Shown here: positions 1-14,457 of the stretch, in pieces
Numbering within the stretch: position 1 is the first letter of the stretch
Layout of the letters: each line of letters starts with the position of its first letter
Source of the DNA: Dicyema japonicum
Taxonomy: Eukaryota; Animalia; Dicyemida
Assembly: GCA_011109175.1 (NCBI GenBank)
Contig: RDEW01000014.1
Span: forward strand, 682,001 to 746,000
Direction: 5' to 3'
Length of the DNA: 64,000 nucleotides
Position numbers and translations under genes: made by a program
The notes under the pieces: generated by a model
Database searches by the model: none
What the model was told of the DNA's origin: nothing
What the model saw: the letters and a program-made list of their open reading frames with translations, nothing else

Positions 1-130
1 CTCACACAACAAAAAGAAATGAAGAGCATTCCTTAGTTCTCTCTACTATAGTTATCATACTGTTCTTTACTTAAATCTTTGTCTGTCCTACTTGGGTTGA
101 GCTTAGGTAATATGGCTCTGCGTAAAATGA
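1..130 (+). mobile_element. SINE family A, 3' half (cut by window edge)
   Basis: Matches the body and tail of other copies (gaagagcattcctt, ctgttctttacttaaat, taatatggctctgcgtaaaatg). Confidence 0.75.
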
Positions 131-559
131 GTGATTATTATTGAACTTATTAAACTCTTAGGTCAGACTTTTATTACATTCAGCCAGAGAAGTTTGAATC
201 GGCTAAGATGAATATTTTTCTATGCTGAGCGATTTTACTTTTGTCTGTTATGGCGAACATAGAATTTTGTACTCAAGGAATGGTTTGTATTTGTCAGGGT
301 CAAAAATGGTCAGGTAGTTTAGTGATTAGGACTAGGTTAGATTCCACCGCTGGGTACTTTTTCGAATGTTTCTGCTAAATTGCCTTCCATAAAATATGTT
401 TTCATTCTCAAGCCTGGCACATGGTAAATTCATCACTCCCTCGTTTAAAGGAGTCTAGAAAAAAGACCTTTTGGGGCCTGCTCTGTTCAGCCTTGGAATC
501 GGCCTTGTAACAAGATGTTTTTCTACTTAGTTACACGTGTGGTATTTGGACGACTGCCC

Positions 560-1560
560 ATGGGAGGACAACCTAATGTGTTCAGCCAACCAGCTTGAAA
601 TACTTGATGCTCTCATAAAAGAGGGAGAAATGGACGATGCTCTTATCACAAGAGAACAACAATTAAAGTCAACGCACAGCTAGTAATTTAGACGCACATA
701 CGTCCCTCTTCCTGCTGAAGAATACCCTGACAAAATCTAAACTGAACCATGTACTTTGTAATGTGCCTTGTTTCATGAGAATACGAAAGCTCGAATTGAT
801 GTATTCACTTTTTCGTTCTACTACCGAACGTCTACCAACGTCACGTTCGACCATCAAGGGTAGATCCAGGCCGCTTCGGAGGTCTTGGCATTTGTTCCCC
901 GACAGATATAGCACGCCCCGCATGCCTTTCTATATCCCAGCCAACCGTTGGTCAAGATGATTATTCATTTCCCCACCGAATCATCGACCAATGAAACAGA
1001 TTTTTCAGTTGCTTAACTACCAGAAGGGCTGCAAGTATCCGAAACTCAGATAAAATGGAAAGACGACTATAAAATCTGTCTGATCGCTGGGAGATTATAA
1101 GAAATCGGAGCATGGATTTGATGCCTTCCAGATTGGGAACATTGGCACTCATCTAGATGATGAGACGGTCCACATCGGGATCTCTATCCGTCAGGGGTTG
1201 AGAATATGTTAGGCTCACCATCGTCGATGCGGGTGAATTGTCGACAGTTACGGACATCACGCCCTCTCATGCAGAAGAAGATCTGGGAGGTTCCCGCAGC
1301 ACACTAACTTGAATGATGTTGTGAAACGCGCACTGGACTTTGCCGACGCCCTTCCATACTGGAACCCACTGGCCTGAACAAGGGAAAGCGATTGGACTGA
1401 GTAGCAATCTTTCTGTTCAAGGAGGGGAAACCGATAGTTTTGGATCCAACATGTGTCGACTCTGTCCCCTACCAACATCAACGGAAGCGCGGTAAAGACA
1501 CTTTCCAGCGCAGCGAGCTAAAGAAAAAAAGTATAGACTACTTCTCAACCGATAACCTTC
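560..1560 (+). mobile_element. Decayed CRE-type non-LTR retrotransposon fragment (RT C-terminus to RLE region)
   Basis: Remnants such as H-ALSCRRRSGRFPQHTNLNDVVKRAL and PTCVD resemble the element at 33340-35990. Many stops and frameshifts. Confidence 0.65.
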
Positions 1561-2849
1561 CGTGTGATTTCTAAATTCGCAAATTTGAAAAAATATTAAT
1601 TCACAAATTGAATCAGATTATCTGTGGTTAATTGGTAGTAAGGTTGAGGTGATGTCACACTTCTATTGCGTAGAATATCTTCTTGGCTTCACGGATGAAA
1701 GAATACATCAGAAACCCGTAGTTCTGAACATAGGAATCGTTATATGCACGTAGGATCCGAATTCGAATTCCGCCCAACCCAAAATTGTATCAACTTGGAG
1801 GATCATCATTCAAGTCCCATGTATAGGATAATAGCTAAAATGATTCTATGCACGTTGCTCATGGAAGGATAATTTTTCAAATGTTAATGCTTTGTATTTG
1901 TTCGAGTACTACACTCGATAATGCACCACACAATTCTTAAAGGAAAAAGCTAACTACGGTAAAGACTACCGGAATGAATGTCATTTATTTAACCCCGAAT
2001 ACACCAAAAAGTTAACGAATACAGTTTCAACGGTCGCACAAACAGAGAGGCCTTACAATAAAACACTCAAGTTAATCCGAAACCAGCGGAAAGAGAAGAA
2101 AAAATTCAGTCCTTGCAGTTTTGGGAACCCATCCAATCGAAGATCACCTTAGACAGGAGGATCACCCTACTCGAGAAGATAAGGAACAGAGAATATGAAA
2201 AGAAACCAGGTAGCAATTGGTTAATCTAACCCGGAACTATTTTTACAGTACATCATCCTAACGACATAAACGGATTATTGTAAATTAATTTTCAAATTGC
2301 GGTTTTAAAAAAGCTTTGTAGTTAAATATTGAAAATCATTTAGATTTATCCATAATTTCAGTCCACTTTGACAATTCCTAAATAAAAATCATTCAAAAAT
2401 ATTTTTTGCTATTTTAGTGATTTATTGGTTATTGCTACTAAGACTGCTGGAGGATTAACAATCTAACTAATAATCCTAAAGACAGACTTGTCCAAGTTCC
2501 CCCAAATACCGTCCAAGACGAGATTCAAACCCAGAGCATGCTTATTTGCTATGAAACTTAGTATATCCGATTTCTCAAATTCCACCATTTCGCCGATCCA
2601 CACGAGAAGTAATAAAGTGGAAAATTACACTCATCATGGGGAGATGAATATATTTTGTGTAATAGAAGTACATCATAAACTCAATCTTCCGGCCAATTAA
2701 TCACCTGCTAATTGATTATTCATGCTTTTGATTACTAAATTATTAAAACCACAAATTGAAAATTAATCTTAAAAAAATCCGCTTATGTAATTTCAGATAA
2801 ACATCATCGTCTAAGAATTTTCAGTGTCATTTTTTTAAAATTAATTAAA

Positions 2850-3150
2850 CCGCAGATTCGAACCAGCAAACCATTCCAATATCACATACAAGTTCATCCA
2901 GAACCAACAGAGAGGTAAGAACACATCCAGTCCTGTAACTACTTCAATTGAGTGCGGGAAAGCAAATGATACTTTTTTATGGAATCCGGCCTGAGACAGA
3001 TGGATAACATGATGCCACTCTAGTAGAACGGGAGAAGATAAAGAACAGAAGAAAAAAGAGAAACCTTTGACCAAGTAATCAGTGTAGGGAATCAAACCTA
3101 GGAGCAATTAGTATAGTATGACACCTAAACCACTAAGTTACCTGGTTACA
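2850..3150 (-). mobile_element. SINE family B copy with tRNA-like head
   Basis: Head gtaacttagtgg...ggtttgattccc (A/B-box-like). Body aligns by eye with 42220-42495, 44710-44840 and 62398-62650. Confidence 0.6.
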
Positions 3151-3399
3151 ATTTTATTGGAAAATCACTCAGATGTTCGTACTTAATTAAAGACTAACGA
3201 AATTCCTGTAAATATACATATTTAAAGGTTAAAATGACTTGTTTGATATCCTCTTATTAACGCATATTTGGGGTTAGCGGTTTTTGTTCATAAACTAAGT
3301 ATTAATAAATTAAAAATCTACGTAGTTGGCTGTAAAATTGCATAGTTGTTATTTTTGATTTCATATTTATTATAAGAAGCCATTTGTTTTATTACCCCA

Positions 3400-6300
3400 A
3401 TGTCTAAAAGGGCAAAGGTGAAGAGGAAGCTTGGGATTTCAAGGATTTCTAAGATTTCGTACACGTCTGACTTCGAAAAGGTGTCAATTTTTTAGAATAA
3501 TAGTAGAATTTCAGCAATTCGAAATCGATCGACGACATAGAATGTAAGTTACAGGTTGCTTTAATAAAATACTAAAGATCGCTAATAGTGAAGACTTGAT
3601 GGCCGAAAAGTTGGATTTATTCAGTAACAAGTCTCTCAGTATTATGTTTCTTGGACACTTGCTCAAAAAAGGGAATCCAAAAATATTTGTAATCGTTGTA
3701 TTCCTAGTCTAGCTGTTTTTCTATCTGACGGAAATATACAAAACTAAGACCTCGTGCAAGTTGTTTGACAGAAGAAGCTCAGCTTATGAAATATTTTCTT
3801 TGTTCTTCCACGAGGAGAGTCCTCTCCCGTTAAATATTGAAGCTACAACGGAAAACCATATCCTTCGGGTTCTAAATGAAGAAACAAAGGATGAGGTGAT
3901 CAGAGCTGTTTATAATGGGACTGAGGATTACTTATGGCCTGAGATAAGACAGCAGCTAAATGATTTCTTAAATAACCGTAATTACTAGATAAATGTAGAA
4001 GATCAACATTCTAATAAATATTTTAACCAAAAAAGTGATTTCCTGAATGACTCAAATGAGGATTTTATGATAGTCATTGGGGATTATTGTGAAAGCTTAA
4101 TGTTGGGGGTAAATTAACTCTAGATCAAAATACTTTACATTCTCGGAGTCTTCCGACATCCAAGCCTCACAGAGAGCCATTCTGATGTGCTTAGAACTCA
4201 TTTTGGAGTATCATTCGTTGAACCAAGACGGTAAATTGAATTTCAAATTTCTCCGCCAAGTAAGTAACAAAAAACTTAAATCGTCATCTTCAATTTTGCG
4301 GAAGGTAATGAAAAATTCATTTTAGTCAAACTCAATGTGCACTTCTACTCACTTTTGGACCTTTGTGACGCTCAAAAATAACATATTGTGCACAATGCTC
4401 CAAACTTGTCTGGGGGGTCGCACCACAAGGAAACGTTTGCACTGGTAAGAGTAACGATTTGATTATTACCCACATAGACTGCGACTCAACTGTTCATTTT
4501 TCCTGCCAAAGGCATTTCAATCAATCCTGTTCCTCTTTCAGGGAACGAAACAGGCAACCATTCATAAACGAGATATCCAATGAAATCAACAGACTTTTTT
4601 CGACCAGTTAAACGGTTAATTTCTGATTTGTAGAAAAAGTCCGCAAAAAAGACGCGATTTCAAAAAAGTGATTTTTTTAAATATTTAAGATTACTTGGAT
4701 GTGAACTCATTTATTCAGACAGCTTCGATTCAGTAATTGAGGTTGTCTATTTTAGACTTTAATGAAAAGCAAATACATTACCAAATATAAGGTAGTCATA
4801 ATTCAGATTTTTAGGGACACTCGGAATAGGGAATCAAAAGGGTTCTATCATATATTACTATTACAAGTGACAGACCAAGTTATAACCAATATTCCACGAA
4901 AATAGAGATTGATTCAGATATGGAATATTCTGGTCCCCAAGATACAGATAATGTACAATATAGTGACGGAGAAACCAAAATCAATGACATCATGAACGAG
5001 TTGATTCACACAGAGAGGACTCACCTAAGGACACTCAAAATTATGAAAAATGTATTCTATGTCCCGTTAATGAAACTTGAAATTGACAAAAATCTGGGCC
5101 CAATGCTGTTCTCCTGCATAGATGACTTGATTAGCTTCCATGGTTTTGAGTTTATTTTACTGGAAAGAAAATGTTGTAAGAACTTTGAAAATCTCGAAAA
5201 TCTTAAATTTAAGCAAAATTTACGAAGCATTTTCCACTTTGGTTCGAAAATTGTGATAAAATAAAGTTTGACGATGACGCCCTCCACGATTTCCAAGAAG
5301 CCAACGCTCACTTTTCCAGCGACTACCAACACAACATTAATATTTTAAAAATTCAAAACGATACCAAATTCAGTGATTTCTTAGCAGTAAGCTGATTTTT
5401 ATCAAGTAGAACGCGGAAAGCAATGTGCTTTGCAGGAAATTACTTCTTAAGGACATGCTTTCTGCGCAATTCATGCGTCTGGTCAAGTATCCTTTATTTT
5501 TTGAAAGATTGCTTAAGCAAATTCCGCGTATCTCCGGTTTTAATTGTAGAGGAAACCCCGGAATATTTGAAATTTTCAAATTTATTAGAAAGCGCTCAAA
5601 ACTGTATAAAATTCACAAACATGAAAATCGCTGAAACTGAAAATAAAAGATATTTGCTGGATTTTAGAATGTCTTGCGAAATACGGACAGATGATCAAAG
5701 TGTGCCGCAAAAATACCAAGTAGGAGAGTCTATTCTACCAGATTATGGATCCCAATGAATTGAAGTTGTTATTCTACAGCGATTTGACGTGGGAAATAAA
5801 TAAACGGAACATTTCTTGTCACGGATTAGTATTTGAGACCGATTTGGTCCTATTGACAAAATTAGACAACTCAAAATGCGTTCTGCGATCTTACAACGAT
5901 AAGAATCACATAAATGACCCCATCATATCTCCGATTATTAAACTGAACGAAGATACTCTAGTGAAGGATATGGCCATTGGTGGTAGAATTCATGAATTGT
6001 AGAAAAAAATTGTTTTTTGCTCATTTTGAAGAAAAAGTGTCAGCTCATTAAGTTATTCACCAAGGATAAGGTCACAAAAGAACAGTAATTTTTTATGGGA
6101 ATTTCAGTTGGATTCAAATTCTGTTCAAAGTCATAAATTCTCAAAACAAACCGAAAATAAGGTTTGATGTGTTTGATTTTTGGCAGTCTTCCGAACATCA
6201 GAATAACGCGGTTTATCCGTTCTTTCTATTTTAGAGAAAATTCGTTCGACGCGGTTCCCAGAACGGTGAGGATAACTTTATTTCAGAACTTAAATCGTTG

Positions 6301-6847
6301 GAAGAGGTGAAAGAATGTTTCACAAACTTATTTGTGGATACTGACTCGTGTAAGGAACTACACACGTGTGAGATAATCCAAAATCTTCATTCTTTCGTTG
6401 GCAGTTTAGATTACGTTAGCGATATCTCACAAGGTTCTCAATTTTAGTATTTTAAGGACGTCAAATCTCTTTTCCATCCTCTTCTATTGAATTCCTTCAA
6501 AATTTAATCGACCCCCTGAAAAATATGGTTTTTGGTGGTTTGAAAGAAGGTTTCCGAGAAGATCAACAAATGTGAAATCCCCATATCCGAGAAGAGCTTG
6601 AAAAATAAATTTAAGCATTTGAAAGTCCACTCATTTTCAAGTTTGAGTAACGATAAATATCGTAAAAGGAGTTATTCCGATCTTAGTTGATTTTGGAGTA
6701 ATTTTAGACGAAAACAAATTTATTAGAACAAATTCAAAGTCAACTGAGTCTCATTTATGCTTTTATAAGAATTTATCAAAGTCTCAGGAAAATTTAAGTG
6801 CAGGAAATTTTAAAGAAAAGTCTAAACTTGGACGTTTAAAAAAATAA
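3400..6847 (+). CDS. RH(RGS-like)-C1-DH-PH Rho guanine exchange factor (ARHGEF11/12, RhoGEF2-like), multi-exon
   Basis: ATG at 3400. RH-like FLGHLLK..LFFYLTEIYK..AYEIFSLF; C1 YCAQCSKLVWGVAPQGNVC..DC...H..C; DH ELIHTERTHLRTLKIM and QFMRLVKYPLFFERLLK; PH-like segment near 5745-6110. Tiny introns, e.g. 3481-3506 and 3689-3712. Middle and 3' exon structure is approximate. Confidence 0.85.
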
Positions 6848-7189
6848 TTATATAAATTTGAAACTATTTTAATTATTATTATTGAACCAGAAAACCACCG
6901 TAATATCCAAAATAAACAAAATTAGGTGATCCCAGCCTTCCTCAACAGTCTTCGCATCTTTTCTCGGTGTTCTAGCTGCTTCCTGCGCATTCCCGATATG
7001 GACGGGGTCCGCATACTCGAGTCCTTCGCAGGGGCGCTGCTTCAGTTGCCTCTATCATATTTTCAAGGTTTCTGGGCAAGATTTCCACATGGGAAGATTT
7101 CCTTAGTATCAAATAAAATTATTAATGTAAATTTTTTTCCAAATTTTGTGCTTAAAAATTATAATTTTGAAAATAACTAAAGTTTATTC

Positions 7190-7990
7190 ACGTGGTTCAT
7201 TGGTCAAAGATTTAGGCGGCTTTATTGCACGAAACGTCTACTTGGCTTTATGATTAATGAAAATCCACGTCTTCCTTCTCGTGAGCATGGACGAGGTGAC
7301 ATACTCAAGAGACGTGGGAAACCTGAAGTTCTGAAAGGGAAGTGTCAAGTTCTCGTATGATCCAGATAGAATCTCTCGAATAAAAACTGAAAGGACAGCT
7401 GCACGTGTCAGCTTATAGCATATAAGTCCATATGCAATCTGCAAATCTTCCACCACTGTAATTTTAGTTATCGATGGATCATTAAATATTGCTAGGGAGT
7501 CCGTTTACGGCAACAATAGTCTCCCTCTCATGTCGGCTAGTTGAGTTGACACCCATAAGGGGTACTTCGAATTCAGATGATGATCTCATCGAGGAAGCCA
7601 GTCTTGACAGCTTTGGCACATAACATAGCTCTTTGGGCAGTACAGGGGGCGGGACATAAATATTCACAAGGCATAATTATTTCATTGTCCCGAAGGAGAT
7701 TCCAATTATTTCGGTAACCTCATCATCCTCAACAAGTTTCCTCACTTCTGAGATGTCTCTGTATTTCATGTTATTTTTGAATAGAGTGAGCAGACCTCTA
7801 TTTCTTCTCTCTTCACGGTCCATCCTGATACCATATATCCGATATATTTAGAGATAGGGTCATTAAAAGTGAGTTTGGTCTCTTGAATCAGCTACGCTGA
7901 TCTTCTGACTTGCCAGGAGTGGCTGAAGTTGACTGATCTTCCCTTTAATTTCATTAATGTTGATTCAAAGACATGTTCTAAATAAGACCT
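7190..7990 (-). mobile_element. LINE APE-endonuclease fragment (Jockey/I-like)
   Basis: NIYVPP motif and related remnants resemble the APE at 28480-29180. Confidence 0.6.
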
Positions 7991-8404
7991 CGAATTAAAA
8001 TTTTATTAATTTATTTAATGCCACCGTCCATAGCCTGGATACGCCGTTGGCTGGAAAAAAATACAGAATGGCAGAAAATACCGGAAAGAGGTTGAGTTAA
8101 CAACGTCTAATTAAGTTACCTCAGTTGATCCACCTAACTCAGGAGACGCCCAGTGCCTAGCCTTCATCCAAAAATATATCTCTTCCCTACTTTGTTGGAG
8201 AGGTTCCCAGAATGGCGAATATGCTTGACATATTGGTTCGACAGGATGCGTTTAACTCCGACCGTGGGAACTGAAAATACCTTATTTTACATTTAATTAA
8301 GGAGACTGATTTCCTAAACTAAATAAGATGATTAGAAAAAATCTATAAAATAATTAGAAATTAAATAGCCTAGTTGATTAATAAATGAGTCAATGTTATA
8401 TCAA

Positions 8405-9671
<1,267 letters not shown>

Positions 9672-9957
9672 TCAAAGTAGAAAAATTATCTTTATATATT
9701 ACGGAAAGTCAATTACTAACAGTATTATTGACAGTAAAAGCATATTTCTACTAATGACAAGTGATTGATAAGCATTTGCATCATATCTTAAAATTATTAG
9801 GTTACGTCGATTATTTAAGGTTAATGGAACTTGTTATCTGCATAATTCTCACATAGGCAATTTTACTGCCGCGAATTCTCATCGATATTCGAGCGTACTT
9901 CTCCACTGTTCAAACGGACATACAGTCAGGGTTGCGGTCCATAACTCAACTTTTTTG

Positions 9958-10200
9958 TGTATAGCTCCGCATGTGCAGGATATACTTTATTGTAGAGTAA
10001 AGAACAGTCATGCTAGCTAATCATTGAATGGGGTCAATGCTTATTATTTGGTCGCGTGTAGTCTGTGTAGTAAATCTGTTCTTGCAGTAAGGCATCATTG
10101 ATAACGTCACTTGTAAAGCGTGGATCTCTCAGTCGGAATGGACAGCAGTGAGATTTGAACTAGGAAGCACCTGTAGTAATCGAGTACTTATGAGACTACA
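9958..10200 (-). mobile_element. SINE family A, diverged copy
   Basis: Collinear similarity to 22212-22520 (gcgtgga..., cggaatg.acagcag..agatt.gaactag). Confidence 0.6.
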
Positions 10201-10494
10201 TTACTAGAGAACGTTTAATTTGGCTGTACAGTAATATTTGATATTTTAAACCAAAAAATTATAAATAAAAAAAAAACTATTTTCATTGAGATTCTCCAAA
10301 GATTAATAAAAATGTAGCACAAATTCGTAACCACTTTGCTTCATGATGGATGAAAGTCCGTGTCTTAATTCTGAACATGGGCATGATAGTTTCAGGAGTC
10401 ACTGGAAACTATACAAAAGGAGTGTACGATGCATGGAACTTGGTTGATCATCTGTGAGAAGCTTTCTGTATAGGATAGTTAATATGATTATTTG

Positions 10495-10970
10495 TATTAT
10501 TATTATTTTTAAAAAGCACTCCTAGAAAACATAAAATTAGAAAGTTTCCCTTGTGCCGTATTCCGAATCATCCTCTCCGTCAGCTTCGACCATGATCTTC
10601 TGTTGCGCACTAGTTCTCTTATGTATTCCAGGTCGTCCGCCATTTCCATTATAATATCAGATGATGTCCACACTTTTGTACGTAGTGAATCAGGTCCTGA
10701 TGACTGCAAATCCGAGACCATAATGTCGGCAGGCCGACAGAAAGATAAAAAGTGGAATTTTCCAAACAGTTCTGTACATTGTACGGTCGTTTTTGTCTCT
10801 TGTAGAGAGCAGACAGAGACGTCATATTTGGTTAGATCGCATACCAGTTGGTGTTTCTTGTAAGATTGTTTAAGTCTTCTGCAATTGAAAGATCCCAGAG
10901 TGAACGGAGAAGTCGGTAAGGAATACGAATAAGACAGTGCAATAGAGGAGTCGTCACCACTCAACCAATA
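10495..10970 (-). mobile_element. Bipartite non-autonomous RTE derivative, copy 1
   Basis: APE N-terminus (FTLGSFNC...LQETK) is fused directly to the RTE 3' end (ADDLEYIRELVRNRRSW) and an (AAT)n tail. Near-identical to 45215-45685. Confidence 0.75.
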
Positions 10971-12049
10971 TAATTATGTGTATGTTACTAACAATAACTT
11001 TTACAAAAAATATAAAATTTAAAAAAATGAGAAAAATAATAAAAACGAAAAATTCTTCATGATTATTTAATAAAATATTTGGAAAAAATATTTTAAAAAA
11101 TTAAATAATTTTTTTCAAAACGAACGTCTTTTTGTATACCCTTATAAAAATGTCATTGGTGTGCAGGTGTTTGAAAAGAAAGAGTCGCAATCTCCCATCC
11201 TTCGAACAGAATGAACCAATAAGGACGACCTACGCCTATGTGGGGACATTGGATTGAACCCAGGGTCTCTTACAAATGAGCAATTAATGGAGTAAATCTC
11301 ATTAACTAAAAACTTGAAAAAAGACGTGAAATTGATATTTTACTTATAAAAGAGTCAAACTCTGGAAACATAACACCTAAGTTTCTTGGCTACTCGGTAA
11401 TTACAAGTGACTGAGAAGGAAAGCTCTGAAGTGGCTTACTAATTGCTATACGCAACGGAATCCCCTACGAGGGTTTCACAATCTACTTTCACAACCGCCT
11501 CTCAGGCATCCTTGTACTTTCGACTGCGAAAATTCGTCTCCCAATATTCTCTCTCACACTGATCAATGCATATTTCACGCCTTCAAGCTCATGTTCATCA
11601 GCTTGTTACCATGGTCTTTGGAGTTTTTCATTCCACATGTAATGCTCATGAAGTCCACCGTCTGACCTATATCGATCAAATATTATTACAAGGTAACTGT
11701 TCACCCAATTGATAGGATACCACCCTCTTTTGCACAAAAATAAAACTAACAAAGTACGAAACAGCCTGAACAGGATGTCCTCGTCCAAAATCCATACCCC
11801 CAATAAGGAAATTAGTAAATACTTCAAAGACGCGAAACGTTGGGGGAGCTATCAAAAGTAGTTATTGGAAACCCCTATAAATGAAGTCTGGAACAAAATT
11901 AAATCGATGAAGAGGTCCACGACCGAACGATCAAAGATATCTATGTCGAACCGAACTTTTCAATGAAGTATTATCTATATCCCACAAAAACTTTTAGAAG
12001 GACCACCAAGTCTTTCTAAGGAGGATTAAGCCTAAAAATCAGATGACTG

Positions 12050-12700
12050 GATTGTGTTTACTTGGTATGATGTCGGACGAGCTATTTTGATGATCTGAAA
12101 CTCGAAAGCCAAGGGGCTCTTGACAAACTAATTCTTGAACGTACCCAAAAGACTCAAGAGGCGAAATGCCATGGGACGGCCCGCCTTCCTGAGAATGAAT
12201 AGAATTTGGAAAAGCAATGATATTTGCTTAAGGATCAAATGCAGAATGGTTAATACAATCGTGTTCCCGGTTTTTCTATATGGCGCAGAATCCTGGATAC
12301 TGAAAAAGGCAGATAGACGAAAAATCGGTGCTTTTGAACTGTGGTGCTGGAGGAGTTTACTAAGAATCCCTTGGACTTGCAAAATAACAAACACCTATGT
12401 ACTCAAACGGGTGGAGACGGACATTTCGCTAGAAGGAAGAATCGTAAACACAAATTGGCGTTCTTTGGGTATGTTGTCCGTTCTGATTTCCTGGAAAGAA
12501 CCATTATTCTGAGCAATATTACTGGGAAGAGAAGACCTGGTCGACCGAGGACTCGGTGGCTATCCATTGTGGAAGACGTCACGGGAATGCCTATATCAAG
12601 GCTACTCCAAATTGCGACAGATTTGGGAGAGTGGAGTAAATTGGCTCATGGGATCTCCTAGGGTCGGACACGACTTAATTTGGATAACATAACATAATCC
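12050..12700 (+). mobile_element. RTE (BovB-like) LINE 3' fragment
   Basis: Motifs FPVFLYGAESW, AFELWCWRSLLRIPWT and GKRRPGRPRTRW, plus a short (ataac)-type tail. Confidence 0.85.
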
Positions 12701-13176
12701 AAAAGACTATAGTAACTATACCACCATCGAGTTATCAGCACGGATTTTTAGCCAACCATTCCACTACCACTCATCTTACCGCTCTTTCAAGCAATTCATT
12801 GTGGAAGGATTCAATACAATGAGGCCAGTTGGACAGGTAATTAGTTGGTCAAATGGTTAATGTGATGACGTAGTAATATTACATGACGTATTAATCTCTC
12901 AAGATAGATGTGGCGAGTTCATAGTCAAGAATAACGGACTATAAGTAACCACCAAACCCTGAGAGCTCACTCCATAACATTTCCTACAGAAAACACATGA
13001 CTAATAGATGGAATCATGACATTCACCGAGTAAATGACGGCTGATTAATAAAAAAGTAAGCAAAATACATTCCACGACAAATCTAGCCAAGCACAAGTCC
13101 TGACATTCTAACAAAGTTAGTTGATCTAAAAAAACTACATCCATATTCAAGCACGTGACTTAAGAAAAAAATAAAT

Positions 13177-13812
13177 TCACAGCAACTCTATATCAAAAAT
13201 TTTAACTCCCCCAAATTTAACACGAACAAACATTACGTAGTATTCCTCATCAATATAATGGTCAATAAAATTCTACAAAATAGACCGAGACCCAACCTCA
13301 TCCAAGTCATCTCTTTCTATTCCAGTATTTTTCCACATCAAACTTGCATGATAGTGAGCTTCCTTATTAATAAAATGAAGAAAACTAACCTCATAGTACT
13401 TCTCCAGGTTGAACTTCTCAAATACAGAGTCGACCTCTTCCACGAGTTTGGTAATCTCCGGAATTCCCTGAATAACAGACAGGGCTGCGAATTCTCTGAA
13501 ATACAAATTTTGCCATTACTTGGTTTTATTGTCATTAAGTAAGTAATCAACCTTGTTGTCCAGTTTTATATGAAATGGGGGATGTTTAGACATCCTATTT
13601 GTGAGGTGAGTCATGATCGGGTTTATGCATTGCTTTGGCACATAGACTGTCCGAGATAAACTTATGTGAGGAAATTCTATGGGAAACCAACTTGATTTAG
13701 TATTTGAGGGAGTTGCAGGATCAGTCACTATAACTGCTAAATTGATATTACATTCAATATACACGTGGAGAGACCAGTTTCCGATTATGTGAGGAACACA
13801 ACGACAGGCCAT
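13177..13812 (-). CDS. USB1: U6 snRNA 3' phosphodiesterase USB1/Mpn1 (2H family), 4 exons
   Basis: PHIIGNWSLHVYI, first HxS motif HISLSRTV, LVEEVDSVFEKFNLEKYYE and second motif HASLMW. Introns 13496-13519 (24), 13363-13389 (27) and 13273-13296 (24). Confidence 0.85.
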
Positions 13813-14457
13813 ATTTAAATTTATAAATAAAGCAATTATTTTTTTAATTTTTAATATTAAACCCCGGAAAGGCCGAAACTATACAGGCAGACAGCACAAT
13901 TTCCTAAAAATAGCGAGATCTTTTGGAAGCCTCCTTGAAGAGAAGTATTTTGGCAAATTTGAATGCAAACCTTCTCCCTTTTTGACACTTTTGAAAGATT
14001 CCAGACAAATCCGGAACTGAAGGAGATGGACTGACACCGGGATCACGTAATTAAGACGATAACTTCTATGGTCAGCCTATGTCAATAATTTTGCTTGGCA
14101 TCGCTGGAGGAGAGGAGAAAGATATGGCACCATCCACGTTCTCATGTTTGCGAAATAGGGAGATTGCGATTATTTTTCTACAATTTAAGTGAACAGTTGC
14201 ACAACATAGATGTTGATCCTACAAACTTAAGGTCAAGATTTAAATTTCTTTTCTAATCAAACGGTTCTTTAGTTTTTCATCCAGTCATGGCCAAAACTAA
14301 AAGGAATAGATTGGTAATACTGGTTAAGCTTTTCCTAATAAACTCAGATGACCAGGTTGTTCATGTTAGACCAGTTTGACTGATAGTAGAATTTATGCAT
14401 TAAAATTTAAGCATCAATCTATTTTACCAAGAGTATGAGAATAGTCAGTAATTTTAA

